Source: an uncultured Paraglaciecola sp. (GTDB lineage: Bacteria > Pseudomonadota > Gammaproteobacteria > Enterobacterales > Alteromonadaceae). Taken from it: DNA of 64,000 nucleotides. Both the position numbers and the translations under genes were made by a program. Within the stretch, counting starts at the first letter, position 1; each line of letters starts with the position of its first letter. The notes under the pieces were generated by a model that saw only the letters and a program-made list of their open reading frames with translations, had not been told where the DNA came from and ran no database searches. Shown here piece by piece: positions 27,713-38,243 of the stretch. The stretch covers positions 10,222 to 74,221 of the forward strand of contig CANMKA010000019.1 in assembly GCA_947498355.1 (NCBI GenBank), read 5' to 3'.

Positions 27713-30574
27713 TTAATGCGTTAAGGTGATTACACCCGAGATTTGATAGTCTCCAGGGCCTAAAAGTGTGTTTGAGCTTAACTCGGCATTAGACTCGCCA
27801 ATTGAGCTCACGACTAACTTTTCAACTTTAGGCAACAACAATTCTGCTTGGGCGTTTTTAGGCACCCTTAAAGTCATAGATAAATTATTTTTATCGATGC
27901 GCCAGCTCACGTGTATATCACCTTGAGGTGTGGGTATGGCACCTGACAAGTTATTCAATTTACGAGTAAATTGAGGCGAGACAACAAACTGCTTGAAGCC
28001 TGGCACCCTAGATTTTATGCCCAACATACCCGTGTAAAACCACTCAGCTACGGCACCATAGGCATAGTGGTTAAGAGAGTTCATGTTGGCTTTGTTGTAA
28101 CCGTCTTGCAGTGAATAAGAATCCCAGCGCTCCCATGTGGTGGTGGCACCGTTATTGATAGAGTAAAACCAAGAGGGATAGGTCTCTTTAAGTAAAATAT
28201 CATACATTAATTCGCTATGGCCAAAGCGTTGCAATACCTTGTGCAGCATTGGAGTACCTAAGAAACCCGTGCGCAAATGGCGATCACTTCCCTCGAGTAA
28301 GGCTAGTAGTTTATTAACCGCCAACTGTTGCTCCTGCTCATCAAACAAGTTAAATGTTAGAGGTAACAAGTAACTTGTTTGAGTAGGAATAAGCGTAATC
28401 TCACTGGTTTTCGGGCGCTTTAAACGCTGACCTCTGTCTCGACGAATAGTTTTAATGGCCGTGCTAACAAGGTTTAAGTTTTCGTCAAAAAAGTAGTGCC
28501 TAAACTTGTCCTTAATACGAATGAATAAACGCTCGTATTGCTCTGCGTCGCGCTCAAAACCCAATAAACGCGCAGTTTTTGCTGCGATATCGACAGAATG
28601 AGCGTAATACGCTGTGGCAATTAAATCGGGATGAGTATCGCCTTTGGCGCGCCCGTTTTCAGAATAAGGCTGCAACCAATCACCATAGGTGCCCATATTA
28701 GAAATATAATCAAAACTGTGGAACTCAGTATAGTTAAGCCACTGTTGCATCATATTATAGTTTTCGGCTAGTACGTTTAGGTCCCCCGTGTACTGATACA
28801 ACTGCCAAGGGACTATAGTTGCCGCGTCTCCCCAAGCAGCAGCTGGACCATCGGTCAAAAACGGTCTAAATGGCACAAACTTGGGGATCATGCCATCTAT
28901 ACTTTGTTCTTCTCTTACGCTTTCTAACCAAGCTGCCCAAAATCTATAGACATCGGCTTTATACATAGAGGTGCTCACAAATACTTGCGCGTCACCTGTC
29001 CACCCTAGCCTTTCATCTCGTTGCGGACAATCCGTAGGAATATCTAAAAAGTTGCCTCTTAATCCCCAAGAGACGTTGTCGGATAGCTTATTTAGCTTAG
29101 GATGAGAACTTGAGAAATTGTCGTATACCGCAAAGTCTGAATGCACTACCTTGCCCTTTATCCAATCTAAACTGGGTTCGTGAGCTGAGTCGAAGCCACT
29201 GACTTCTACAAAACGGTATCCATGAAAGGTAAATGTTGGTTGATAGGTGATCATCCCGTCTTTACTCGGTATGTACAAATCAATATTCTTTGCCGAGCGC
29301 AAGTTTTTCACATAAAAATCCCCCATACTCAGAGCCTCAGAAAACCGTAGTTGAATGGTTTGGCCTTGCTTTGCCGGAATGGTAATTTCGGGTACGCCCA
29401 CCATGTTTTGCCCCATATCGTAAATCACTGCCCCATTTTTATTGCTGACAATACTGACGGCTGGGATGGTCATAGTCACTTTAGGCGCAGTATGACGTTT
29501 TGGTTTTAGCTGCACTTGGCTGTCAATAGGTTCGGCGTATGCTCCTTGCCAATTTTGGGGGGTAAAGTCGGGGGTGTTCCAGCCGGGCATTTCGTAATTT
29601 GCATCGTACTTTTCGCCATCATAGTTGCTCGCCGCACGAATTGGCCCCTGCTGAGTGGTTTGCCAAGATTCATCGGTGACTATAGTTTGTGTACTGCCAT
29701 CGGCAAATTGCACCTCTAGTTGAGCAAGTAATTGAATAGGTAGGGTACGTTGGGTAGGCGACGGATGGAATATTCGGCCACTGTACCAACCTTTAGCGAG
29801 TGATGCGCCTAAGGTATTCTGTCCTGTGTTAACTAAGTCAGTCACATCATAGGTAAGGGTTTCAATCCTTTTATGGTAAGGGGTCCAACCTGGAGTCATC
29901 AAATCATCACTAATTGCTTGCCCATTTATATACGGCTTAAAAACACCTTTTGAGGTGATATACAAGCGGGCTTTTACTGCTGTTTGGGCTACTTCAAAGG
30001 TTTTACGTAAATATTGAGGCCGATTGTAGGTATTCTCTACATTCGAAAAGTGGCTGTGTTTTGGGTCGGTTTCATCTTGGGTAGGGTGTCCAATCCATTT
30101 TGCCCGCCAATCATTGTTACTCAGTAATCCAAGTTCAATTGATTGAGTTTTACTCCAATTTGAGCTTTGGTCTTGACCGTCCCAGGTTTTAACGCGCCAG
30201 TATACTTGTTGTCTAGAGCTTAACTGAGAGCCTTGATATTGGATCCAAGCGTTATCGTTAGAGACAACCTTAGCACTATCCCAAAGTATGCTTGGCTCAG
30301 AAAAATTAGGATCTTCGGCCACCTGCAACTGGTAGCTAGTTTGTATTTGTTGTGCCGAGTCTGCAGGCAATTTCCAACTAAAACGAGGGGAAGATTCGTA
30401 GTAGCCTAAGGGTTCAACAAACCCCTCCCCCACTTTCAATTCTACTGGACCAGATATAACGCTGTTGATCTCGCTTTGAGACGCTGCTTTCGACTCAACA
30501 GAATCGCATGACACCATTATCCCCATTGCTAAGCCAATACTTAACGACTTAAAAACTGAATTAAAAAACTCCAT
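27713..30574 (-). CDS. Alpha-L-rhamnosidase (GH78), probable lipoprotein
   Basis: PRFSWKL and YWRVKTWD N-terminal signatures. A bacterial rhamnosidase N-domain and a six-hairpin catalytic region (DCPQRDERLGWTGD). Likely start is MEFFNSVF... at 30574, with a signal ending MVSC. Confidence 0.85.
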   Translation of the reverse strand: MEFFNSVFKSLSIGLAMGIMVSCDSVESKAASQSEINSVISGPVELKVGEGFVEPLGYYESSPRFSWKLPADSAQQIQTSYQLQVAEDPNFSEPSILWDSAKVVSNDNAWIQYQGSQLSSRQQVYWRVKTWDGQDQSSNWSKTQSIELGLLSNNDWRAKWIGHPTQDETDPKHSHFSNVENTYNRPQYLRKTFEVAQTAVKARLYITSKGVFKPYINGQAISDDLMTPGWTPYHKRIETLTYDVTDLVNTGQNTLGASLAKGWYSGRIFHPSPTQRTLPIQLLAQLEVQFADGSTQTIVTDESWQTTQQGPIRAASNYDGEKYDANYEMPGWNTPDFTPQNWQGAYAEPIDSQVQLKPKRHTAPKVTMTIPAVSIVSNKNGAVIYDMGQNMVGVPEITIPAKQGQTIQLRFSEALSMGDFYVKNLRSAKNIDLYIPSKDGMITYQPTFTFHGYRFVEVSGFDSAHEPSLDWIKGKVVHSDFAVYDNFSSSHPKLNKLSDNVSWGLRGNFLDIPTDCPQRDERLGWTGDAQVFVSTSMYKADVYRFWAAWLESVREEQSIDGMIPKFVPFRPFLTDGPAAAWGDAATIVPWQLYQYTGDLNVLAENYNMMQQWLNYTEFHSFDYISNMGTYGDWLQPYSENGRAKGDTHPDLIATAYYAHSVDIAAKTARLLGFERDAEQYERLFIRIKDKFRHYFFDENLNLVSTAIKTIRRDRGQRLKRPKTSEITLIPTQTSYLLPLTFNLFDEQEQQLAVNKLLALLEGSDRHLRTGFLGTPMLHKVLQRFGHSELMYDILLKETYPSWFYSINNGATTTWERWDSYSLQDGYNKANMNSLNHYAYGAVAEWFYTGMLGIKSRVPGFKQFVVSPQFTRKLNNLSGAIPTPQGDIHVSWRIDKNNLSMTLRVPKNAQAELLLPKVEKLVVSSIGESNAELSSNTLLGPGDYQISGVITLTH

Positions 30575-30744
30575 ACAAATTTTTGCCCTAATAGAAATCA
30601 AATCTCTTTCTTGAAAAGACAGGATGGCGCTAAATTGATACCTTAATTGCGTAATTAATTGAAACGTTACCCCAGCCAAGGTGAATTTTTGCTTCCCCCC
30701 AGCGAGGGGGACACCTCATAATGCCTTTCCCTACTCGGTATAAC

Positions 30745-30785
30745 AAAAAGCCCCTCTCAAACGTTAGTCTGAGAGGGGCTTTTTA
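30745..30785 (-). terminator. Rho-independent (bidirectional) terminator
   Basis: AAAAAGCCCCTCTCA-aacgttagtc-TGAGAGGGGCTTTTT, directly downstream of the 30796 stop. Confidence 0.8.
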
Positions 30786-30795
30786 TTTTCTTAGT

Positions 30796-32301
30796 CTATT
30801 TTTTCTTTTTATTCTTTTTGTATTCGGCATGGGCCTTTTTATATTGTCTTAGCTGCTCTTTGGTCTGTTTCGTTAAGATATTTGCAGACGCTTTATCTCG
30901 CTGAATAGGGCCATTGTCTCCAACTAAGTAAACACGTCGCCAGTCGTTGCCACGTAAACGCTCTGCCACTATCATTCGAGCGTCAGGGTGTGCATCTGTA
31001 ATGATTGAGCTTATCGCCCAAGAAGCATTAGGCCGACGTAACAGCTCTTTGCCTTTAGTAAAGGTTTTGCCGCCATCTTTACTGTTGTAATACCCTAATA
31101 TACCTTGGCCTTTCTCTCTATAGCCAAGGATAAAGCTCACGTCATTTGCAGACGTCACCATAAAATCACCTCGCGTATCCGTGCCGTCGATACGAGATTG
31201 AGTATAAACTGGTTCGCCACCTACCCACTCTTTGCCGGTCCAACGGTAATGGCTTGTTTGTTTAGGGCCGCCAGTTTTTTTGCCCAAATCTTTACCTATA
31301 TTTGTACCAATATGAGGATGGCCATGCTCATCTAAACGCACGGAGCCATTAAATGTCCAGTAGCCTGGACCACCTGTTCGAGCAACTAAGGTTTGTTCAT
31401 CAGCGACTTCACGAGTAAGGGGGATGGCTAATTTTTCACCTTTGACGTTAGTCCAAGTATTGTCTTTAGTGTTAAAGACCATGTAGTAGGCGTCGTGACG
31501 CTCAGTGGTGTGCCCACGTCCATTAACGCCTGCATTGCCGTTCCAGCAAACATGATAATCGTAAGACATCACTATATCGTCGTTCTCTCCCTTAGTAACA
31601 TACAAGTACCAACTATCGGTAGCGAGTATATCAGTGCGCTTCTTTCGCTTAAGAATAGAAACGGGATCTGCGAATGTACGACCGTGATCCGTCGATTTTT
31701 GGTATACCCAATCACTGCGGTGGGCACCATGGCGATAAAATACATAAATATCGCCATTATCCATCTTCACTGCTTGGTTATATGTGCCAAAAGGGGTAAT
31801 GGTATCTAGCTCTTGCCATTCTGTTATATCGTAAGGGCGCTTAGACACCACGTGTTTATTTGCCGCATAGTGGGTATTACCCTTAACGTTTTTACCGTGG
31901 CGCGCATCGCCACCGTGACCACCGAAAAATACGTGAATATGACCAAGATTATCAATCATCATGGTAGGCTTGCCATGGTTATCAATATTTTTTGGTTGTG
32001 TTAAATCTTTACCCAATTCACTGTCACCCGCTTTGAACGGCCCTTGCCAAGTTTTGGTTTTGTGATTGTAGGACGCAACATAAGGGTCTTCTAATGGGCC
32101 TTGGTAAGACACGTACGTGATGCCGTTTTTGTGGATCCCTGCTGGCTGTTGAACAACAGCTAAGGCATTCCCCAACGCATTATCTGCAAAGTGATCGACT
32201 TTAGCATCGGCTGCGGTTGCGCTTCCCACTCCACCTAGCGCTACCGAAGTCGACAACAGAGTAATAAACGATAAGTGAGTAAAGAGTTTTTTAATAATCA
32301 T
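30796..32301 (-). CDS. Secreted BNR_4-type beta-propeller protein, possible PL24/PL25-like polysaccharide (ulvan) lyase
   Basis: 501 aa with a signal peptide. Repeated blade-like segments (HVFFGGHG, IYVFYRHG, YDYHVCWNG, ERHDAYYMVF). Lys-rich tail KKNKKKK. The family link is from memory and needs an HMM check. Confidence 0.5.
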   Translation of the reverse strand: MIIKKLFTHLSFITLLSTSVALGGVGSATAADAKVDHFADNALGNALAVVQQPAGIHKNGITYVSYQGPLEDPYVASYNHKTKTWQGPFKAGDSELGKDLTQPKNIDNHGKPTMMIDNLGHIHVFFGGHGGDARHGKNVKGNTHYAANKHVVSKRPYDITEWQELDTITPFGTYNQAVKMDNGDIYVFYRHGAHRSDWVYQKSTDHGRTFADPVSILKRKKRTDILATDSWYLYVTKGENDDIVMSYDYHVCWNGNAGVNGRGHTTERHDAYYMVFNTKDNTWTNVKGEKLAIPLTREVADEQTLVARTGGPGYWTFNGSVRLDEHGHPHIGTNIGKDLGKKTGGPKQTSHYRWTGKEWVGGEPVYTQSRIDGTDTRGDFMVTSANDVSFILGYREKGQGILGYYNSKDGGKTFTKGKELLRRPNASWAISSIITDAHPDARMIVAERLRGNDWRRVYLVGDNGPIQRDKASANILTKQTKEQLRQYKKAHAEYKKNKKKK

Positions 32302-32736
32302 TAAGTGTCCTCAGGGTTTTCTAAAACATGCTACTGATGCATTTTCTGTGGGTGCTTTGCAGGCATTCCACGAAGAAAAGTAGCAAAGATGTAAATCAAG
32401 TATAACCGAAATGTATGCCATGGCGCCTAAGAATACAAACAAGATTGTTAACCTGTTCGTTCTCATAAAGTAGAAACACTAGATAACTAACCCCAAGCAT
32501 AACCGACTAAAGCAAAGCGTAAAGTTGAGCATACATTTTGTCATTTTTTGTAGTATAGTCAGGCTGTTATAATCCCGAATTGAATGAAGAAAGCATAAGA
32601 AAGATGAGTATGTTATTTCGCGCAACTTTGCATTCCTAAACTCAAAAAGGTAAATTTAAATACCAAAAATAAAACTAATTTCGCAAAGAAATCTAGTCGG
32701 AATAACACATTAGTACCGAAAGGAAGTACCGCGTAT

Positions 32737-33654
32737 ATGTTGTTACTTAGAAGTACATTAATTACGTTAGTTTGTTTATTTCTGGGCTCGCCTGCACATG
32801 GAAAAGACGATACAGTAGCGGTAATTTACCCTCGCGTTTCAGAGCCTTATAATCAAGTATTTTCGGCCATAATCGATGGTATAAAAAGTGAATTTGATAA
32901 CCGAGCGGTTACTCTAAAAACGTTAGAGAAATCCGATGACGACCAATCGTTTTCTACTTGGTTAAACCACGAAAACCCCGAAATGATCATTGCCTTGGGT
33001 AAACGTGGTTACCAGTATGCGAAAAATTTAACCAAACCCAAAGCGATAGTAATAGGGGCTTTACCCATAAAGCCCAATGGTATTTCTGGCGTTAGCCTTT
33101 TAGGTGACCCTAAAGTACTGTTTGAGTCTCTACAATTACTGGCTCCGCAAATTAAGCAAGTCAACGTTGTTTATAGTAAAAACAGTGAGTGGCTGATTGA
33201 TTTAGCCGAAGGTCACAGCCAAAACATGGGGTTGGTATTTAAAAAGATAAAGGTAGACAATATCAAAGACGCTGCGTCTGAATATGAAAAGCTGCTAAAT
33301 AACCTAGACGCAAAAACCGATGCCATTTGGCTCCCTCTTGATCCCCTTACGGCTAACGAGCAAGTTATTCTGCCAAATTTGCTAGAAAAATCTTGGCAAC
33401 AAAATTTTGTTTTATTTTCAAGCAAACCCGCCCATACCAAGAGGGGCGCCTTGTTTTCTATGTTCCCTAATCATTTCGAGTTAGGCCAACAATTGGCCGC
33501 TATGGTAGAAGGCATTCATTCTACACGCACTAAAGCCGGCGTCGTGCCCCTTAAAAGCAAGCATTTAGCCGTGAACTTACGGACTGCAAACCACTTAGGC
33601 TTTAAATATAACAATCAACAGAAAAAATCTTTTTATCTCACCTTTCCAAATTAG
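32737..33654 (+). CDS. Periplasmic ABC-substrate-binding-like protein (PF04392-like), no cognate permease or ATPase nearby
   Basis: 305 aa with a signal peptide (LFLGSPAHG). VAVIYPRVSEPYNQVFSAIIDGIKSEF pattern. Followed 17 nt later by a histidine kinase. Confidence 0.65.
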   Translation: MLLLRSTLITLVCLFLGSPAHGKDDTVAVIYPRVSEPYNQVFSAIIDGIKSEFDNRAVTLKTLEKSDDDQSFSTWLNHENPEMIIALGKRGYQYAKNLTKPKAIVIGALPIKPNGISGVSLLGDPKVLFESLQLLAPQIKQVNVVYSKNSEWLIDLAEGHSQNMGLVFKKIKVDNIKDAASEYEKLLNNLDAKTDAIWLPLDPLTANEQVILPNLLEKSWQQNFVLFSSKPAHTKRGALFSMFPNHFELGQQLAAMVEGIHSTRTKAGVVPLKSKHLAVNLRTANHLGFKYNNQQKKSFYLTFPN

Positions 33655-33671
33655 CCCAACCACTTATCCCG

Positions 33672-35225
33672 ATGAAAACCTTCAAACGTAAAGTCATTCA
33701 TACCAACGCACTAAGCATTAGGCATCTACTGTTACGCTCTTTACTGGTAAGCATAGTAATATTTCTATGTTTATTTAGCCTTGCCATTATTTGGCTGACC
33801 CAAAAAGGGGCCAGCACATTGATTGTTAGCAATGCCCAAGAAACAGTTCAAGTACTCGCAGAACAAGGCCGTTTAGCACTTCTAACTGACAGTCCAGAAA
33901 ATGCCAGTAATGCCTTAGAACAAGTCAATGCGTTTCCAGATGTGGTAGGTGCAGGGCTTATCTCCTCTAATGGCGAAATACTTATTTGGCAAGGCTCTGA
34001 AATAGGTGAAGTCCATTTCAAACAGCAAAATTGGCAAAATTATCAGGGTCTTGACCGCGTCAATGAAACGGATGACTACTGGCACATTAGCGCCAAAGTC
34101 ATCATCGCCTCTTCTTTCAATGACGACGAACAGCTTGATCTGTTCGAAACTTCAGAAGAACACTTAGGGTTTGCCGTCGTCTCATTTAGTAAAAATAGCC
34201 TGCAAAATATCAGCCGAGATTTATTCGTCACTATCTCGATTGCCAGCCTTTTTGTCATGATTGGCTTGCCTCTCGTTGTAATTTTGGTCACTCGCCGTTT
34301 ACTTTACCCTTTGCAATCTCTATCTGATGTTATGAGTAATAACCACCTCAAAGGGGAGCACCAAATTGCTGAGGTGCAAGGTGCGAAGGAAGTTCAACTT
34401 ATGGCATTGTCTTTTAATGCTCTGATGAAAACATTGGATAAACAAGATGAAAAGCTACGAAATCATAGAGATAGGCTTGAAGCTAAAGTCCAACTTAGAA
34501 CCCGAGAGCTCGTAACAGCAAGAGACGCAGCCCTAACCTCAAATCGGTATAAATCAGAGTTCTTAGCTAATGTGACTCATGAGCTGCGCTCACCTATCCA
34601 ATCGATCATGGGTTATGTTGAATTAGCCAAAGAAGAAGCTGAGAACGAAGGGCTTATCGATATATCGACAGACCTTGATAAAGTGACGCGAAATGCCGAA
34701 CGTTTGTATAATTTAATAAATAGCTTACTTGATCTGTCAAAAATTGAGGCAGGCCGTATGGAGCTAAAAAAACAAAAAGTTAACTTATCTTCACTTATCG
34801 TTAGTTTAGAAGAAACTACCGCTCCCCTTGCCAAGCCAAACAAAAATACGTTTACTATTGTTAATTCAGTTCAAGATATTGAGTTAACTATCGATACAGA
34901 AAAAACCTTACAAATCTTAATTAACTTAGTTGGAAATGCCCTTAAATTTACGGAAAACGGAAACGTAGAGCTTAATGTTTCTGCCAAAGATACAACTCTT
35001 ACCTTTAAAGTTATTGATACCGGAGTAGGTATCCCTGACGATCAACTCGATAGTATTTTTGAACAATTTCAGCAAGTTGATGGCAGTGAAGCAAGGAAGT
35101 TTGGCGGAACAGGATTAGGTTTAGCGATATCAAAACAATTATGTGACATGATGCAAGGACAAATATCTGTCACCAGTGAAGTGGGAAAAGGCTCTTGTTT
35201 TTGCCTAACACTTCCTTTGAATTAG
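33672..35225 (+). CDS. Membrane sensor histidine kinase (periplasmic domain-HAMP-HisKA-HATPase), no receiver
   Basis: H-box HELRSPIQSIMGY, N-box LVGNALKFT, G1 DTGVGI, G2 GGTGLGLAI. Two TM segments flank a ~150-aa periplasmic region. Confidence 0.9.
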   Translation: MKTFKRKVIHTNALSIRHLLLRSLLVSIVIFLCLFSLAIIWLTQKGASTLIVSNAQETVQVLAEQGRLALLTDSPENASNALEQVNAFPDVVGAGLISSNGEILIWQGSEIGEVHFKQQNWQNYQGLDRVNETDDYWHISAKVIIASSFNDDEQLDLFETSEEHLGFAVVSFSKNSLQNISRDLFVTISIASLFVMIGLPLVVILVTRRLLYPLQSLSDVMSNNHLKGEHQIAEVQGAKEVQLMALSFNALMKTLDKQDEKLRNHRDRLEAKVQLRTRELVTARDAALTSNRYKSEFLANVTHELRSPIQSIMGYVELAKEEAENEGLIDISTDLDKVTRNAERLYNLINSLLDLSKIEAGRMELKKQKVNLSSLIVSLEETTAPLAKPNKNTFTIVNSVQDIELTIDTEKTLQILINLVGNALKFTENGNVELNVSAKDTTLTFKVIDTGVGIPDDQLDSIFEQFQQVDGSEARKFGGTGLGLAISKQLCDMMQGQISVTSEVGKGSCFCLTLPLN

Positions 35226-35293
35226 ATGAATGTAATTGTTTTCAATTACTTGCTAATGTTACACAACCGTACTAATAACTAAATTAGTCGACA

Positions 35294-37423
35294 TTGAGTG
35301 CCCGAATGAAAAAAAATAAAAAATACATCGCCATCCCACTTTTACTTGCAACTAGTACATGTCTAGCATTTACAGATGGCGAATTTGACGACTCAGATGA
35401 ATTTGGTGATTTTTACTCAGACGCAGAATTCATAAGTATTGCTACGGGTACTAAAAAGCAATTGAGTCGTGCACCTTCTGTGGCAACAGTTATCACTGCA
35501 CAGCAAATAAAGTCAATTGGTGCAAACAATATTCATCAAGTGATTGAAACGGTAACAGGTATTCATGTCTACCCTTCTAACTTCAACAGAATGAACCCTT
35601 CATATTCAATTAGAGGCCTGCATACCAGCCAGAACCCTCAGGTACTTGTTTTAGTTAACGGCAACAGAGTGCATTCGAATTGGACTGGCGCCAAATGGGA
35701 TTTATTTGATACTGGGATTGAGATTGTAGAGCGAATTGAAATTATTAAAGGTCCCGGCTCAGCAGTACATGGCGCAGATGCATTTTCAGGCGTAATCAAC
35801 ATCATAACTAAAGGCTTTGATGGAACTAAAAGTCAAGACATAGGGGCAAGAGTCGGCTCATTTGGCACAAGAAGTATTTGGGGTAATCTCTCCACGAATA
35901 TAGACCAAACCCAATTATATTTTAATGGTCAATTAAAAAAAACTGATGGTGACAACAACAGATTAGTCGTTCAGGATGCGTTGTACGCAATGGGACTTAG
36001 TGCTATTTCAAATGCCCCAGCTCCATTGGATACTCGACTCGAAACGATTGATTTACACTTTGGGTTTAAAGCCCAATCATTGTATGGCGACCTATGGTAT
36101 TTAAGAAACGACGGGGGCAATGGAGCCGGTGTTGCGCAAGTATTATCAAATAACAACGACTATACAGATTCAAGATCTGTTACTGCAAAAATAGGATTTA
36201 AAGCCAATATAAATGACAAGGTTACAATAGACGCTTTCGCGTCTTATCAATCACTAGAGCAAGACAGCGTGTTTACAATATTTCCTGCGGGTATGACGCT
36301 ACCCAGAGCTTTTGATTCAGAAACTGGCGTTCCTACAGAATTTACTGTATTCCCTGATGGCGTAATTGGCCAGCCTATTCTGATCGACGACAACTATAAT
36401 ATAGAAGTTGTCACGCACTACTCGGGTTTTAAAAATCACAAGCTTAGAACCAGTTTTGGTTATCTTAGAAATGAAATGGAAGCTCAAGAGTTTAAGAACT
36501 TCGGACCACTTGCACAAACTTTTCTTGAAGACTTTCGAGATGGAACCCTAACCGATGTAACGGGCACGGATTTTGTATTCTCACCCAACAAAAATAGAGA
36601 CATATATTATGCGTCTTTTCAAGATGAGTGGGGTATTGCAAAAGATTGGGAGTTAACTGCTGGAGTCAGGTACGATAAATATTCAGACTTCGGAAGTACA
36701 ATTAATCCAAGAGCTGCGTTAGTGTGGCAAGCTCGCCATGATTTAACAGTAAAAACTTTGTATGGCGAGGCATTTAGAGCTCCGTCTATAGGTGAATTAT
36801 TTGCCATTAATAACCCCGTCCTTTTGGGTAATCCAAATTTAGACCCTGAAAAAATTAATACTTTCGAAGTCGCCTTTGATTATCGACCAAGTTTTGACTG
36901 GCACGTGTTGTTTAATGTCTTCAGTTATAAAGCTAAAAGCCTAATTATTTACACCGCTCAACCTGATGGTTCGAGCCAAGCAAATAATGCGGCGAAACAA
37001 AACGGTAAAGGCTTTGAGTTTGAGGCGGATTGGCAAGTAAACGGCCAGCTTGACCTAGCTATAGGTATAGCGATGCAAGACGCAACGAATGAAACGACTG
37101 GCCATGATATATCCGACGCACCGCAAAAGATGTTTGACGTAGCTCTTAATTGGGATGTTGCACGTGATTTTAAACTACATGTTAAGACCCATCTCATTAA
37201 AGATAGGGTAAGGCTTGCCAACGACCCAAGACCGTCAATAGACGACTACAGCTGGACCAATGCCACAGCAAATTACCTCTTGAACAATCAAGTAAGTCTG
37301 TCTCTATCCATACGAAACTTGTTTAACAAAGCCGCTTACGAACCCAGTGATGGGCAAATTCCAAATGACTATCCTTTGCAGGAGCGTGGCTACTGGCTAT
37401 CTGCAACTTATCGGTTTGAATAA
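35294..37423 (+). CDS. TonB-dependent outer-membrane receptor
   Basis: Signal peptide, plug (ISIATGTKKQLSRAPSVATVITAQQIKSIGA...ETVTGIHV), beta-barrel. Likely start is the MKKNKKY ATG at ~35306. Confidence 0.9.
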   Translation: MSARMKKNKKYIAIPLLLATSTCLAFTDGEFDDSDEFGDFYSDAEFISIATGTKKQLSRAPSVATVITAQQIKSIGANNIHQVIETVTGIHVYPSNFNRMNPSYSIRGLHTSQNPQVLVLVNGNRVHSNWTGAKWDLFDTGIEIVERIEIIKGPGSAVHGADAFSGVINIITKGFDGTKSQDIGARVGSFGTRSIWGNLSTNIDQTQLYFNGQLKKTDGDNNRLVVQDALYAMGLSAISNAPAPLDTRLETIDLHFGFKAQSLYGDLWYLRNDGGNGAGVAQVLSNNNDYTDSRSVTAKIGFKANINDKVTIDAFASYQSLEQDSVFTIFPAGMTLPRAFDSETGVPTEFTVFPDGVIGQPILIDDNYNIEVVTHYSGFKNHKLRTSFGYLRNEMEAQEFKNFGPLAQTFLEDFRDGTLTDVTGTDFVFSPNKNRDIYYASFQDEWGIAKDWELTAGVRYDKYSDFGSTINPRAALVWQARHDLTVKTLYGEAFRAPSIGELFAINNPVLLGNPNLDPEKINTFEVAFDYRPSFDWHVLFNVFSYKAKSLIIYTAQPDGSSQANNAAKQNGKGFEFEADWQVNGQLDLAIGIAMQDATNETTGHDISDAPQKMFDVALNWDVARDFKLHVKTHLIKDRVRLANDPRPSIDDYSWTNATANYLLNNQVSLSLSIRNLFNKAAYEPSDGQIPNDYPLQERGYWLSATYRFE

Positions 37424-37436
37424 CCCCACTAAAACC

Positions 37437-38243
37437 ATGAATAAAAATAAACAATCAGAACAAACCAAAGGGGATGCGTTTACTCAACGGGTCCCTACAA
37501 ATATTTGGAAAGAGCAAGGCAGTCCATCCAATCCATATATTGCAACAAAAGCGTATTGCTATGGTTACGACTTCGATGAGGTGATTGATCAACTCAGTTA
37601 CGTAGATTCCTTGTACTTGATGTTAACGGGAAACCTTCCCACATCAGAGCAATCAAGTTTGCTCGAACTATGCTTAAAATTATTTATGACACCGGGCCCA
37701 AGGCACCCTGCTACGCGAGCTGCTATGAATGCTGGAATCGGCCGCACCCACGTTACGCACATTTTACCTATTTCACTTAGCGTGCTATCAGCTGATTATT
37801 TAGGGAGCACCGAAGTAGGCAATGCTATGAAGTTTATCCAACAGCATAAAAATAAAGATGCGAAAACGTTTATCGAATCAGGTGAAATAGCAATCGATCA
37901 TAGTTCCCCGAATCCTATTCCCGGTTTTGGTACAATCTACAACGGCCTTGACCAAAGAACACTCAAATTTGTTAGTAAAGTACAATCACTAAATTGTGAG
38001 TTTAGCCATTTTAACTGGAGCCAATCGTTTGTCTTGGGTTTAGTTAAGTACAGGCTATCTTGGCTCCCTACTGGGTTGGCTGCCGCACTATTTCTTGATT
38101 TGCAGCTAGATTACCGAACCGGTACCTGCCTCTTTCAAATGATGCAGAGCCCAGGCTTAATTGCCCACGGTGTAGAAAAAGCAAACAAACCATTAACCGA
38201 TATGCCTTTTGTAAACGAAGATAATTATGTCATACAAAAATAA
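37437..38243 (+). CDS. Citrate-synthase-fold protein 1 (citryl-CoA-lyase-like size), catalytic residues apparently substituted
   Basis: YLMLTGNLPTSEQ matches the CS helix motif. GFGT replaces GFGH, PTGL replaces PNVD, and the C-terminal GLIAHGVEK resembles GWxAHxxE. The ATG at 37437 is 14 nt after the receptor stop. Confidence 0.55.
   Translation: MNKNKQSEQTKGDAFTQRVPTNIWKEQGSPSNPYIATKAYCYGYDFDEVIDQLSYVDSLYLMLTGNLPTSEQSSLLELCLKLFMTPGPRHPATRAAMNAGIGRTHVTHILPISLSVLSADYLGSTEVGNAMKFIQQHKNKDAKTFIESGEIAIDHSSPNPIPGFGTIYNGLDQRTLKFVSKVQSLNCEFSHFNWSQSFVLGLVKYRLSWLPTGLAAALFLDLQLDYRTGTCLFQMMQSPGLIAHGVEKANKPLTDMPFVNEDNYVIQK

Noticed and set aside
37347-37436. N-terminal extension of the first citrate-synthase-like ORF overlapping the TonB receptor end
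   Set aside because: The extension lies inside the receptor coding region. The ATG at 37437 (MNKNKQSEQ...) just after the receptor stop is the more plausible start.
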